Below are positions 37,215 through 48,479 of a stretch of 64,000 bases of DNA, in pieces. Origin of the DNA: Mustelus asterias (Eukaryota). Position 1 is the first letter of the stretch, and each line of letters begins with the position of its first letter. The stretch lies in contig NW_027590140.1 in the NCBI RefSeq assembly GCF_964213995.1, forward strand, positions 1,054,001 through 1,118,000. Direction: 5' to 3'. The notes under the pieces are model-generated. The model was not told where the DNA came from, searched no databases, and saw only the letters and a list, made by a program, of their open reading frames with translations. A program made the position numbers and the translations under genes.

Positions 37215-38585
37215 GCACCTATTCGGGTACACTGAGAGAGAAATTAGCATGGCCAATGCACCTAACCAGCATACCTTTCACTCTATGGGAGTTAAAAGGA
37301 GCACCCGCAGGAAACCCACGCAACATGGGGAAAACATGGAGGCTCTGCACAGACTGTAACCAATACTGGGAATTGAACCCGGGTTCCTGGCGCTGTGGAG
37401 CAGCAGTTAGAAACAAATAGAAACATAGAAAAACTACAGCACAAACAGGCCCTTCGGCCCACAAGTTGTGCCGAACACATCCCTACCTTCTGGACCTACC
37501 TATAACCCTCCATCCTATTACGCTCCATGTACTCATCCAGAGGTCTCTTAAAAGATCGTATTGAGTTCGCCTCCACCACCACTGACGGCCGCCGATTCCA
37601 CTCGCCCACCACCCTTTGTGTGAAAAACTTACCCCTAACATCTCCCCTGTACCTACCCCCCAGCACCTTAAACCTGTGTCCTCTCGTAGCAGACATGTCC
37701 ACCCTGGGAAAAAGCCTCTGAGAGTCCACCCGATCTATGCCTCTCAACATCTTATACACCTCTATTAGGTCTGCTCTCATCCTTCGTCTCTCCAAGGAGA
37801 AAAGACCTCAGCCTATCCGCATAAGGCATGCCACTCAATCCAGGCAACATCCTTGTAAATCTCCTCTGCCCCCTTTCAATCTTTTCCACATCCTTCCTAC
37901 AGTGAGGCGACCAGAACTGAGCACAGTACTCCAAGTGGGGCCTGACGAGGGACTTATATAGCTGCATCATTAACCCCGGACTCCTAAACACGATCCCTCG
38001 ATTGATAAAGGCCAGCACACCATACGCCTTCTGAACCACCTCCTCCACCTGCGGGGCCGATTTCAGAGTCCTATGGACCCGGACCCCAAGGTCCTTCTGA
38101 TCCTCTACAGTACTAAGATTCTTTCCCTTTATATTGTACTCCTTCATCCCATTCGACCTACCAAAATGGACCACGACGCATTTATCTGGGTTCAAGTCCA
38201 TCTGCCACTTTCCACCCAGTCTTGCACCCTATCTATGTCCCTCTGTAACTTTTGACATCCCTTCAGATTATCCACAACCCCACCAACCTTCGTGTCGTCG
38301 GCAAACTTACCAACCCATCCCTCCGCTTCCTCATCCAGGTCATTTATGAAAATGACAAACAGCAAGGGTCCCAGAACAGGTCCCTGGGGCACACCACTGC
38401 TGACCGACCACCATTTTGAAAAAGACCCATCTAACCCACTCTCTGCCTCCTTTGGGCAAGCCAGTTCTGGATCCACCGGGCAGCAGCCCCTTGGATCCCA
38501 TGCCCTCTCACTTTTTCTAGAAGCCTTGCATCGGGGACCTTATCGAACGCCTTGCTAAAATCCATATAAACCACATCTACCGCCT
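37215..38585 (-). mobile_element. V-SINE fragment (37215-37410) and CR1 LINE 3' fragment (37415-38585)
   Basis: SINE V-domain; CR1 motifs SGVPQGPVLGPLLF, KFADDTK, LVRPHLEYCAQFWSP. Confidence 0.88.
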
Positions 38586-38669
38586 TGTTGCCCAAGAAGA
38601 TATGGTCTTGTTCTTAAAGGGAGAAATAGCAGACAATGTTTGAAAAGGTTACGTGGTTCTTTTTTAATT

Positions 38670-39410
38670 CTTTGGAAATGGGCGTCGCTGGCTGGCCAGC
38701 ATTTATTGCCCACCCTGGTTGCCCACGGACGGTTGAGAGTCAACGACTTTACTGTAGCTCTGCAGTCAATGCAGGCCAGACCAGATAAAGACAGCAGATG
38801 TCCTTCCCTAAAGGATATTAGTGAACCCGATGGGTCTTTCCGACAAACGACAATAGCTTCATGATCATCCGTAATTCATAATTCAAGATGGCTTTTGTTG
38901 AATACAGATTCCACCACGTGCTGTGGCAGGATTCAAAACCGGGCCCCCATAGAATTGGGTGAGTTTCTGGATTAATAGTCTAGCGATAATACCACCAGGC
39001 CATCGTCTTCCCTAGTTATAAGCGTTGATGTTGAAAGATATTTGGGAGTGTTTGTACAAGGAACGCAGGAAGTCAGCATCGAGGTGCAGCAAACAATAGG
39101 AAAGGAAATGACATTTTGCTCTGTATTGCCAGCAGATTGGTGTACAAGAATAAAAACGGCAATTTACATTTGAACAGGATTTTGTTGGGAGCACGAGTGA
39201 AATATTCTGTGCAATTTTGATATGCAGATTTCTCTTTAAAAAACCGCTATCCTTGAATTGGAAACCGCACAGTAAATGTCCACATGGCAGCTCCCTGCGA
39301 TGAGAGAGTTCTCCTGGGATGAGAGGCTGTGTAAATTGGGCTGAAATTCCCTGGAATTTAGAAATATGAGAGACAATCTAAATATTGAGAGATTGTTTCC
39401 CAGTCTCAGG
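38670..39410. mobile_element. Deu-SINE (-, 38670-39010) and old CR1 fragment (+, 39010-39410)
   Basis: Similarity to 22830-23130 and to CR1 RT C-terminal sequence. Confidence 0.65.
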
Positions 39411-39994
39411 AGGAGGACTCCTCGGTGAACTGACACATAAACACATCCAGCCAAGACTCTAATTCTTAACCTTAATATATACTAGATATAGTGTGTGTGT
39501 GTGCGGACCTTAATATATATTAGATATAGTGTGTGCGTGCGGAGGGGTGGGGCGGGGGGGGGGGGGGGGGGGAGGGGTGGGGGCGGTGTTCAAATAAAAA
39601 TACTTCCATTGCCACCCAAAGCTGCTCAGACATCTGTGGTGAAAGGTGAAATTATTGGAAAAGCTCAAGAAGTCAGGCACTGTGTGCACAAGAAAATAAG
39701 GCTTATCTTTTACCTCCATAATCTGTCAGTAAAGCTGGGAATGGTTAGAAATGCAGGAAGTTTTAAGCCAGTGATATCCAGTAGCATAACGACAGGAAAT
39801 AGCTCTATTAGGCTGGAAGTCAGTACAGATTACACGAGGGAAACAGAATTTCAAAGTTATTGCACCACATAATGGGGTAATTACTACGTTATTTACGGGA
39901 CCCAGCTGTGCTGTGGACAAAGGGGATATAATGTACTGAGATTAAACTGGAGCCACAGTGATGAGATTGAGGGCTTTGAAAATTCAAGATACAC

Positions 39995-40385
39995 TTACGA
40001 ACATATGAATTAGGAGCAGAAGTAGGCAAATTCAGCGCTTCCAGTCTGAACCGACATTCAATCAGTTCATGGCTGATATCTCCCTGGTCTCAAATCCACC
40101 TCCCCACCTGTTCCAATATCCCCTCATTCATTTTTTATTAGTAATATATCTGTCTCCTTCCTGAAACCATTTCATGATGCAGACTCCACCGTGCTATGGG
40201 TCAGCGAGTTCCACAAATTCACGACCCTCTGTTGGAAGTATTCCTCCTCATTTCGGTGACATCTCATCGACCGCCTCTCAACCTATATACGTGACCTCTT
40301 CTTCTTGATTGTGCCGTACGAGTAAACATTTGGTCTACGTTTACACTATCAATCCTTTTTCAGAATTTTATACACCTCGATCACT
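39995..40385 (-). mobile_element. Old CR1 3' fragment
   Basis: aggagcagaagtaggc...gagttccacaaattcacgaccctctg CR1 3' motifs. Confidence 0.7.
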
Positions 40386-40929
40386 TTAGCATCTTATGTG
40401 ACTATTTCACCTCACTGTCAATTTTGTGATAGAACGAACTCAATCGGTGTTGTCATTGGCTGAAGGAGGCACTTATGTTCCATCCAAACAGGACATATTG
40501 ATGGGGAATCTTGTCTCTGGTAAAAAAGATCAGAGATGAAAATAATAAAAATGGGATATAGGATAAGTCAGCTTGAAAAGCTCAGTTCACCAGTGACTCT
40601 CGGAGTCTAGTGGTTTTTGTTCAGTACTCCCCCAGTGATGTTTGTTTTCAGTTATCGCTCAGGAAAAGACTATTCATTGTTCTCAGCAAACTATTAAAAA
40701 TTATCTGATTTACTCTCTGGTCGAAAGCAGATCTAGTGGAATCAGACGACTGAGGTTTGCAAGTTTACATCAGAGCTAGAAATGTCACATGTACAACAGG
40801 TCAAGAACAAACACAGAAAAAGAAAAACAGTGATAGGCTGCAAAGCGCTGATGATAAGGATGATTGATCCCGAAAGGTATGTTGCTCTCTGGATGGTAAC
40901 AGGTCAGATGTTAGCCTTTACACTAACAT

Positions 40930-41335
40930 TAAATAATTAAACTTTCCCTCACTCAGCAATGAAAATATTTGGTAAAGGGTCTGACCGATTTCGCATTGTT
41001 AAATGCTGTCATTGGCTGAACACATCACTGGTGTTGAGGCAGGAGGCGCCATTTTGCAGAAGGAACTTGTTTTGTGGTGAAAGTGGTCTGGCGTGAAAAT
41101 CAGAGAAAACACGCACAAGCAGCGTGGATAAAGCAAATTGTCAAACACGCTGTAAGCTGCTGGTCTGTTGGTTAGAGTTTGACAGTGTCACTGCTGTGTT
41201 GATTGCAGGTCAGAAAAGGGAAATTTATTTCTATCGTCCAAACCGTGAAAACGAATGTCAGTTACTGCCTGAATGAACATAACAAACATAATGTCGCCTC
41301 GTGTCCTGAAGTGAAGACATTGAGCATTTTCAACA
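40930..41335 (+). repeat. Duplicated non-coding block, copy 1 (paralog at 46220-46635), with CCAAT and YY1-like motifs
   Basis: Shared attggctgaacac...gccattttgcagaag...aagtggtctggcgtg...aaacacgctgtaa...ttgattgcaggtcag. Confidence 0.8.
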
Positions 41336-41514
41336 AGATGGTTTCTTCTCATTTTTGGCAGAGAGATTGGGAACCAGATGGAGTGAATAACTTTTTGTTT
41401 GATTCTTCAATTAATGAAAACACGACGCACAGCGTCTGTGAAGGGAGCAACAAGGTTAACCTTCCAGCTGGATTAACTTGTATCAGAGCTGGAAATGTCA
41501 GAAATGTAACATTA

Positions 41515-43012
41515 ACATAAGAACATAAGAACTTAAGAAATAGGAGCAGGAGTAGGCCATCTAGCCCCTCGAGCCTGCCCCGCCATTCAATAAGATCATG
41601 GCTGATCTGACGTGGATCAGTACCACTTACCGGCCTGATCGCCATAACCCTTAATTCCCTTACCGATCAGGAATCCATCCATCCGCGCTTTAAACATATT
41701 CAGCGAGGTAGCCTCCACCACCTCAGTGGGCAGAGAATTCCAGAGATTCACCACCCTCTGGGAGAAGAAGTTCCTCCTCAACTCTGTCTTAAACCGACCC
41801 CCCTTTATTTTGAGGCTGTGTCCTCTAGTTTTAACTTCCTTACTAAGTGGAAAGAATCTCTCCGCCTCCACCCTATCCAGCCCCCGCATTATCTTATAAG
41901 TCTCCATAAGATCCCCCCTCATCCTTCTAAACTCCAACGAGTACAAACCTAATCTCCTCAGCCTCTCCTCATAATCCAAACCCCTCATCTCCGGTATCAA
42001 CCTGGTGAACCTTCTCTGCACTCCCTCCAATGCCAATATATCCTTCCTCATATAAGGGGACCAATACTGCACACAGTATTCCAGCTGCGGCCTCACCAAT
42101 GCCCTGTACAGGTGCATCAAGACATCCCTGCTTTTATATTCTATCCCCCTCGCGATATAGGCCAACATCCTATTTGCCTTCTTGATCACCTGTTGTACCT
42201 GCTAATGTTTTGTGCATGAGACGCTTTTGCGTCTCATGCACAAGGACCCCCAGGTCCCTTTGCACGGTAGCATGTTTTAATTTGTTTCCATTGAGATAGT
42301 AATCCCATTTGTTATTATTTCCTCCAAAGTGTATAACCTCGCATTTCTCAACGTTATACTCCATTTGCCATATCCTGGCCCACTCACTCAGCCTGTCCAA
42401 ATCTCTCTGCAGATCTTCTCCGTCCTCCACACGATTCACTTTTCCACTTATCTTTGTGTCGTCTGCAAACTTCGTTACCCTACACTCCGTCCCCTCCTCC
42501 AGATCATCTATATAAATGGTAAACAGTTGCGGCCCGAGTACCGATCCCTGCGGCACGCCACTAGTTACCTTCCTCCAACCGGAAAACACCCATTTATTCC
42601 GACTCTTTGCTTCCTGTCGGATAGCCAGTCCCCAATCCACTTTCACACACTACCCCCAACTCCGTGTGCCCTAATCTTCTTCAGCAGCCTTTTATGGGGC
42701 ACCTTATCAAACGCCTTTTGGAAATCCAAAAACACCGCATCCACCGGTTCTCCTCCATCAACCGCCCTAGTCACATCTTCATAAAAATCCAACATGTTCG
42801 TCAAGCACGACTTTCCCCTCATGAATCCATGCTGCGTCTGATTGATCGAACCATTTCTATCCAGATGCCCTGCAATCTCCTCTTTAATAATGGATTCCAG
42901 CATTTTCCCTACTACAGACGTTAAGCTGACCGGCCTATAGTTACCCGCCTTTTGTCTCCTTCCTTTTTTAAACAGCGGCGTGACATTAGCCGTTTTCCAA
43001 TCAACCGGCACC
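41515..43012 (-). mobile_element. Young CR1 LINE, near-identical to 8770-10063, inverted
   Basis: Almost identical translated segments (e.g. GIEYKSRDVLMHLYRALVRPQLEYCVQYWSPYMRKD); extends 5' to DWKTANVTPLFKKG, NYRPVSLTS. Confidence 0.95.
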
Positions 43013-43439
43013 ATAGACAGGCACGATAGATTCTGAAGATGAATGACATGACACATACATGGTACATATGTCAAATTATGCCACTTTCAAGTTGCATCTT
43101 TTAACTTCCTGCTCTCCAGCTCAGACATTTCCAGATCCATGAAATGTTTTCTACCTGAAAATGCAGCCTGTTTTACAATCCACTGAAAATGCTAAACTTA
43201 CGCTGAACTTAAATCCCTAGTCTTGGAAATCAACGTCGCGAGTTGAATTCTCGCTCGAGCTTGTGGTAGAATTCACCAGAAAAGAGTTGTAAGGGAGGCG
43301 TTGGGAGACGATGCCGACAGCTTTGATGAGTGGTCGAGATGATAGATAGGCTGTAATTTTGGAAAGTGAATAGATATTCTCCTCGTCGTAAAAGTAGAAG
43401 AGCATGACATTGTTGAAAAAGTTAAATGTTGAAATTCAA

Positions 43440-44135
43440 AGCAAAATAGGTGTTTTTGTACAAGAAATGCATAAAGCTAGCATGTCGGTGCAGCAAATAA
43501 CTAGGAAGCGAAATTACATTTTGGTATTTAATGCTGGCAGACGTGAGTACAAGAATAACGAGGTGTTGCAGCATTTAGATTTGTTGAGACCACATGTTGA
43601 ATATTCAGTGCAATTATGATATTTAATTAAGGATATGCCTTCATTGGGAACAATACAGAGAATGTTGAACAGATTGGCCCCTGGATGAGGGAGTTGTCCT
43701 GTGATGAGAGGCTGGGTAAATTGGACTGAAATTCTCTGGAGTTTCGAAGAATGGGAGGTGACTCGTTAAACCTCTACAATTCTGATTAGGATTGATAGAA
43801 TGCAGGCTAATAGATTATTTTGCTACTGCTCGGGGAATCTAACCCACTGCGGCACAGATAACGGGCTGATCATTTAGGGCTAAGATAAGGAGAAATTGCT
43901 TCACTCAAAGGGCTGAGAATATTTGGCATCCTCTGTACTTGGCAGTTATGTATGCCCCATCATCGAGCATATTTAAGTTTGGGATCAACAGGTTTCTGGT
44001 TTCTGGGGGCATTCAGGAATATAGGAAACTGGTGGAAAAACTGAGTTGTAGCTCAAGATCAGCCATGATGGCGTTGAATGGCGGAAAAGTTTCGATGGAC
44101 CGAATGGTCTGCTTCTCCTCCTATGATTCATATTA
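43440..44135 (+). mobile_element. Old CR1 3' fragment
   Basis: LLRPHVEYSVQL; CR1-type 3' UTR and tail. Confidence 0.7.
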
Positions 44136-44159
44136 TAATAAAAATGGAAAGTGCTGGAA

Positions 44160-44620
44160 TTTCTCAGTAGGGCTTGCAAAAAATGTGGAGCAAGACAGAG
44201 AGTTAAGTTTCCGAGTTCAGTATGACTCTTTTCAAACCGTAATCGAGTGTGAATTATTACAATTAGCAAAACATCGAGACTGCGAATTGAATTGGATCCA
44301 AGTAGTAAAAGCCCTGAATTTAAACTGCTGCAGGATTCCTATAGGAAACTTGTTCAGAAACGTTAGCTGCCAACTGAAAGGTTGGAGGTTTCAGAGCACC
44401 CCGAGTCAAATAGATTCCCTCAATTCCTGTTTCTACTTATATTCCGACATAGATATTCTTTGTCTCCTTCTGCAACAGGGAAATACTGTCCAAACTTTGC
44501 CAGTCTTGCTGCTATTTAGTAAGTTGTCATACAAATCGATCGATGAATATTCATTTCAAATAAAACGAGATATATTAGTTCATGCTGCTGCATATTTCCA
44601 ACCTATTAGAAATATGGGAT
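44160..44620 (+). repeat. Duplicated non-coding block (paralog at 52345-52790)
   Basis: Shared tacttatattcc-gacatag, aactttgccagtc-tgctgc, caaatcgat, ttagaaatatg. Confidence 0.7.
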
Positions 44621-45176
44621 TCACAGTAACTGATAAAATTGATGCTGTAGTTGCAGACATAGAACTGGAACGCACCATCACACCGAGTGAATCCATTGTC
44701 TGTTTAAATGTTGATCAGTGAAAATTTCGATCATCCTCTGCTGTGTAACATACGGCCATTGAGTCAATAAGCAACAGCCAGTCAAAAAGAGCTTGAATCA
44801 GTCAATCTTTCTCTCAACTTTCAAACATGTTGTTGTTCTCTGCACCATTTACCATTGAGGTATATGAATAAGTAATCGCAGTTTGTGATGGTAAAAATGT
44901 GTTCACCCCCTCTGGGAACTGAATCACATTGATGCACAGAGGAACAGAGTGACAGAGGGCTGACAAGATGCAAACACCCATAGTTCAAGGATGTCACCAA
45001 CTGGGTTCAGTGTTATTCCATTTCTGGCTGGGGTTTTGGTGAATTCAAGCTGATGAACAGAAATGAAGGAACGCGGAAGTGAAGCAGGAAAAACAGATGA
45101 GAATATTTGGAATGTTTTGATTCCATTGAACGAATAATTAATTCTACAATCACCTTCAGGAATGAATACTGAGCAG

Positions 45177-45254
45177 CGCAGTGGGTGAGGTTCAAATCTT
45201 CGTTAGAAAACAGCCATTTCAAATCCACCGCCTGAGCCGCTTGGCCACCACTGC
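45177..45254 (-). tRNA. tRNA-Ser(TGA)-like pseudogene
   Basis: Reverse complement GCAGTGGTGGCCAAGCGGCTCAGGCGGTGGATTTGAAAT...CCCACTGCG. Confidence 0.55.
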
Positions 45255-45415
45255 AACCGGTGTCAATGTGTTAGTGTTACTCATATTAAACCATTGAATA
45301 GTTCCAACAACAAAAGGGAACATTCGGTCCTAGGAGGTCACGCTGCACTTTTCATCCTTTTTTTTTCTTCCTTACAAAATGCCACTCGCCGAACAGATAA
45401 ACGAGCTGCACTTTT

Positions 45416-45497
45416 TAGCAGTGGCGGGATTTGAACACACACATTTTCAGATATTGAAGCTTAAATTTAGCAACTAAAACCATTCGGCCCCACGACC
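45416..45497 (-). tRNA. tRNA-Leu-like pseudogene
   Basis: Reverse complement GGTCGTGGGGCCGAATGGT...GTTCAAATCCCGCCACTGCTA, 82 nt with a long variable arm. Confidence 0.6.
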
Positions 45498-45785
45498 AGT
45501 CGAAGCCACGTGCTAATCGTTGCTCAGAGTGATATAGGCAACGGGTTAGAATATAATTGGGATTTTGGATAGAACATTTCGCCTCTCAAGCCCCTCACAT
45601 ATTTTGGAATCATAGCCAAGGAATTATTTTCCATCTGTTACATTTCCGACTTTTCCAGCTTTGATGAAAGATCCAGCTGCAAGATTAACTTTGTTTTTCA
45701 CTCCACAGACGCTGCCAGATCTGGCTTCATTCAACGAGAGATTGCTTTTCATGGTGTCATTTCACACAGCAACACAAACGAATTA

Positions 45786-45857
45786 CTCTCTGGCTGGGAA
45801 CTGAATCCAGGCCACAGTGATGAAAGTGCCAAATCCAAACCATTGGTCCAGCAGGGA
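45786..45857 (-). tRNA. tRNA-Glu(TTC) pseudogene
   Basis: Reverse complement TCCCTGCTGGACCAATGGTTTGGATTTGGCACTTTCATCAC...CCCAGCCAGAGAG. Confidence 0.7.
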
Positions 45858-46219
45858 AGCTGACAGTGACTTTCCCAATCAGCGGATCATCGTCATTTTA
45901 GCCATTCTCTTCCTCCTCTTCCGTCACACAATCGACAGGTTTCTCATTTAAAAAAATACTCAACTTATCTCCACATTTGTCACCTGCCATCGAGGCCATG
46001 GTCGTGAAAACGATGACTTTGCACCATTGGAAGATCCGAGTTCCGCCATCATCAGCTCAATGTTGCCTTGTCCATCATTCCTTGTGTCAAATAATACATC
46101 CTCCCTAGTTTTCTGTGCCGAACCTCACCTTCTGCCCTTTTTAAGGAGAGACCCCTGACTTCCCAATCAGAAAATGAAGGGGAAACCCATCAGACTAATT
46201 AAAATTAGCAAATATATGA

Positions 46220-46635
46220 ATAATAGAACTTTTCCCTCAGTCTGCAATGAAAATGATTTGGAAAATAAATTCTGCCCAGTTTCATGCCGTGGGAGGCGGA
46301 CGCAATAACTGTCGTAGAATCATTCCTGTAATTGGCTGAACACTTCTCTGGTGTTGAAACAGAAGATGCCATTTTGCAGAAGTTTGTGGTGCAAGTGGTC
46401 TGGCGTGGAAATTAAAAAAACGTGGACAAAGCAAATTGTAAAACACGCTGTAATCTGCTGGTCTGGTGGTTAGAGTTTGAAACTGTCACCGCTGTTTTGA
46501 TTGCAGGTCAGGAAATGAAGATTTATTGCTCTCCTCCAATGCGTGAGAACAAATATCAGTTATTTCCCGGCAGAACGCACAAATCTCAGTCTCGCCTTGT
46601 GTCCTGTCCTTTCTCAAGTGAAGACCCTGAGCAAA
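46220..46635 (+). repeat. Duplicated non-coding block, copy 2 (paralog at 40930-41335)
   Basis: Same motifs as copy 1. Confidence 0.8.
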
Positions 46636-46875
46636 TTAAACAGGAAGCCATATTGTCCTTTCTGGGAGCCAGACGAGGTTAACGACAGTGTAAATGGAGC
46701 CGGTGCTTCACTGCAGCTCATTGTGTTTCTGACTGGAGATGATTTTTGTTTGCGACACATTTCAGGATCATCTGATTCGGTTACGATTTCGTCATGGCCC
46801 ATCCCAACTCCACGGATTTGGATATATTTCAGTATTAATGCAATGAAACGACATGATTATCACGCTTTTCTGTAT

Positions 46876-46957
46876 GGTAGCATGGCCGAGCAGTCTAAGG
46901 CCCTGGAGTTAGGCTCCGGTTTCTCTCAAGATGTGGGTTCGAATCCCGCTGCTGCCA
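46876..46957 (+). tRNA. tRNA-Leu(TAG), best-preserved tRNA in the window, possibly a pseudogene
   Basis: GGTAGCATGGCCGAGCAGTCTAAGGCCCTGGAGTTAGGCTCCGG...GTGGGTTCGAATCCCGCTGCTGCCA; intact B box. Confidence 0.85.
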
Positions 46958-46984
46958 GAGTTGATGCAAGTTTTTGTCCTTGCA

Positions 46985-48118
46985 GCTTAAGTCCAACAGC
47001 TCGGGTTGAACGCAGAAGTCTGTGCGGTGTCGTTTTTTACAGACGCCCTTGTCAGAACAGGATATTGCGCTTGACTCATCGATCGACAGTTCCGACACGC
47101 CACAGCAAAACAACGCACCGACCTCCTCAGGAGACACGTACAGGATACGGCCGTCAGAGTGCCCTTCATCCTCCAGTACGTCCCCAAAGTGCAGAAACCA
47201 AGATATCTTCTTCGGAGTGGAGAAGCTATGACATCTTCTTCGGAGCCTTCAGCGTACAATCGATGAAGATGAAGATCACGCGAAGGCCATCTCCACGCTG
47301 CCACTACTTACCTTCAAAAAACAGAGCAACCTCAAACAGACCATTGTTCGCAGAAAACTGCCCAGCCTTCAAGAGAACAGCGACGACGACACCACACAAC
47401 CCTGCCACGGCAACCTCTGCAAGATGTGTAGGATCATCGACACGAATGCCATCATCACACGTCAGAACAGAATCCACCAGGTAGACGATACATACACATG
47501 CAACTCGGCCACCGTTGTCTCCCTCATACGCTGCAGGAAAGGATATTCCGAAGCATGGCACATCGCCGAGACCATGCAGACGCTACGACAACAGATGATT
47601 GGACACCGCTCGACAATCACCCGGTAAGAGTATTCCCTTCCTGTCGGGGAACACTTAAGCAGTGAAGAGCATTCAACCACCCATCTTCGGGTAAGCTTTC
47701 TCCAAGGCGACCTTCAAGACGCACGATAACGCAGAATCGCTGAGGAGACACTGATAGCCAAATTCCATACACGAGAACGGCCTCAACCGGGACCTTGGGT
47801 TCATGTCACACGACTTGTCACCCCCACCATTTGGCCTGGGCTTGCAAAATCCTACTGACTGGCCTGGCTCGAGCCAATTCACACTGCTTTAACCTGTCAT
47901 TATCCCACTTTCCACTCGCATTGTCTGTACCTGTAAAGACTAGGTTCCCTGTTAACACTTGCATTCCAACCATTATCTTGCAATTGAGTCTGTGTCATTT
48001 TATGCCCTGTTTCTAAACCCAACTCTCCACTCACCTGATGAAGGAGCAGTATTCCGAAAGGTCGTGCTACTAAGTAAGCTGATTGGACTTTAACCTAGTG
48101 TTGCGAGACTTCCTATTG
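46985..48118 (+). mobile_element. Penelope-like retroelement 3' part (GIY-YIG region + pLTR)
   Basis: YTCNSATVVSLIRCRKGYSEAWHIAETMQTLRQ; pLTR with CTGATGA...GAAA at 48035-48059. Confidence 0.9.
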
Positions 48119-48479
48119 TGAGGGAGATCAACAATGATTTTACTGAATGGCGGAACACGCCCGAATGAAGGAGCAAATGGTCCATTGCAACTCCTCTGCC
48201 CTATTCTCTGATGTCCTTCTGTACAGTTCATTGTTCTGAGAACAGATTCAAATGGTTCCTGCTCCTCTCTCTGACGTCATGAATTGGATAATGAAGACAT
48301 TCGGAGCTGATTGGATTAAATGTAGGATAAAGGAGCTGTGAGCTGATTGGGTGTCTCCTGCTGGTTAGGAATGAACCAATCACCATTGGGGCCAGATATT
48401 ACTCAACATCTTCTGAACTCTGAATTAAAACAATTGAGCTTTAACTCATTGGGTTCCCTGAGGCTTTTGCTGGAGGAAC

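Noticed and set aside
39954-39992. CACAGTG heptamer after an open frame (39495-39872)
   Set aside because: No acceptable nonamer at 12 or 23 nt and no YYC or WY motif upstream.
43939-44721. 260-aa ORF
   Set aside because: Runs through a CR1 3' UTR and a repeat; no recognisable domain.
44700-44985. Minus-strand NVIQFPE... Ig-like start
   Set aside because: Lacks the conserved Cys/Trp; too degenerate to support.
46543-47484. 313-aa ORF
   Set aside because: Chance frame spanning a tRNA and an off-frame Penelope sequence.
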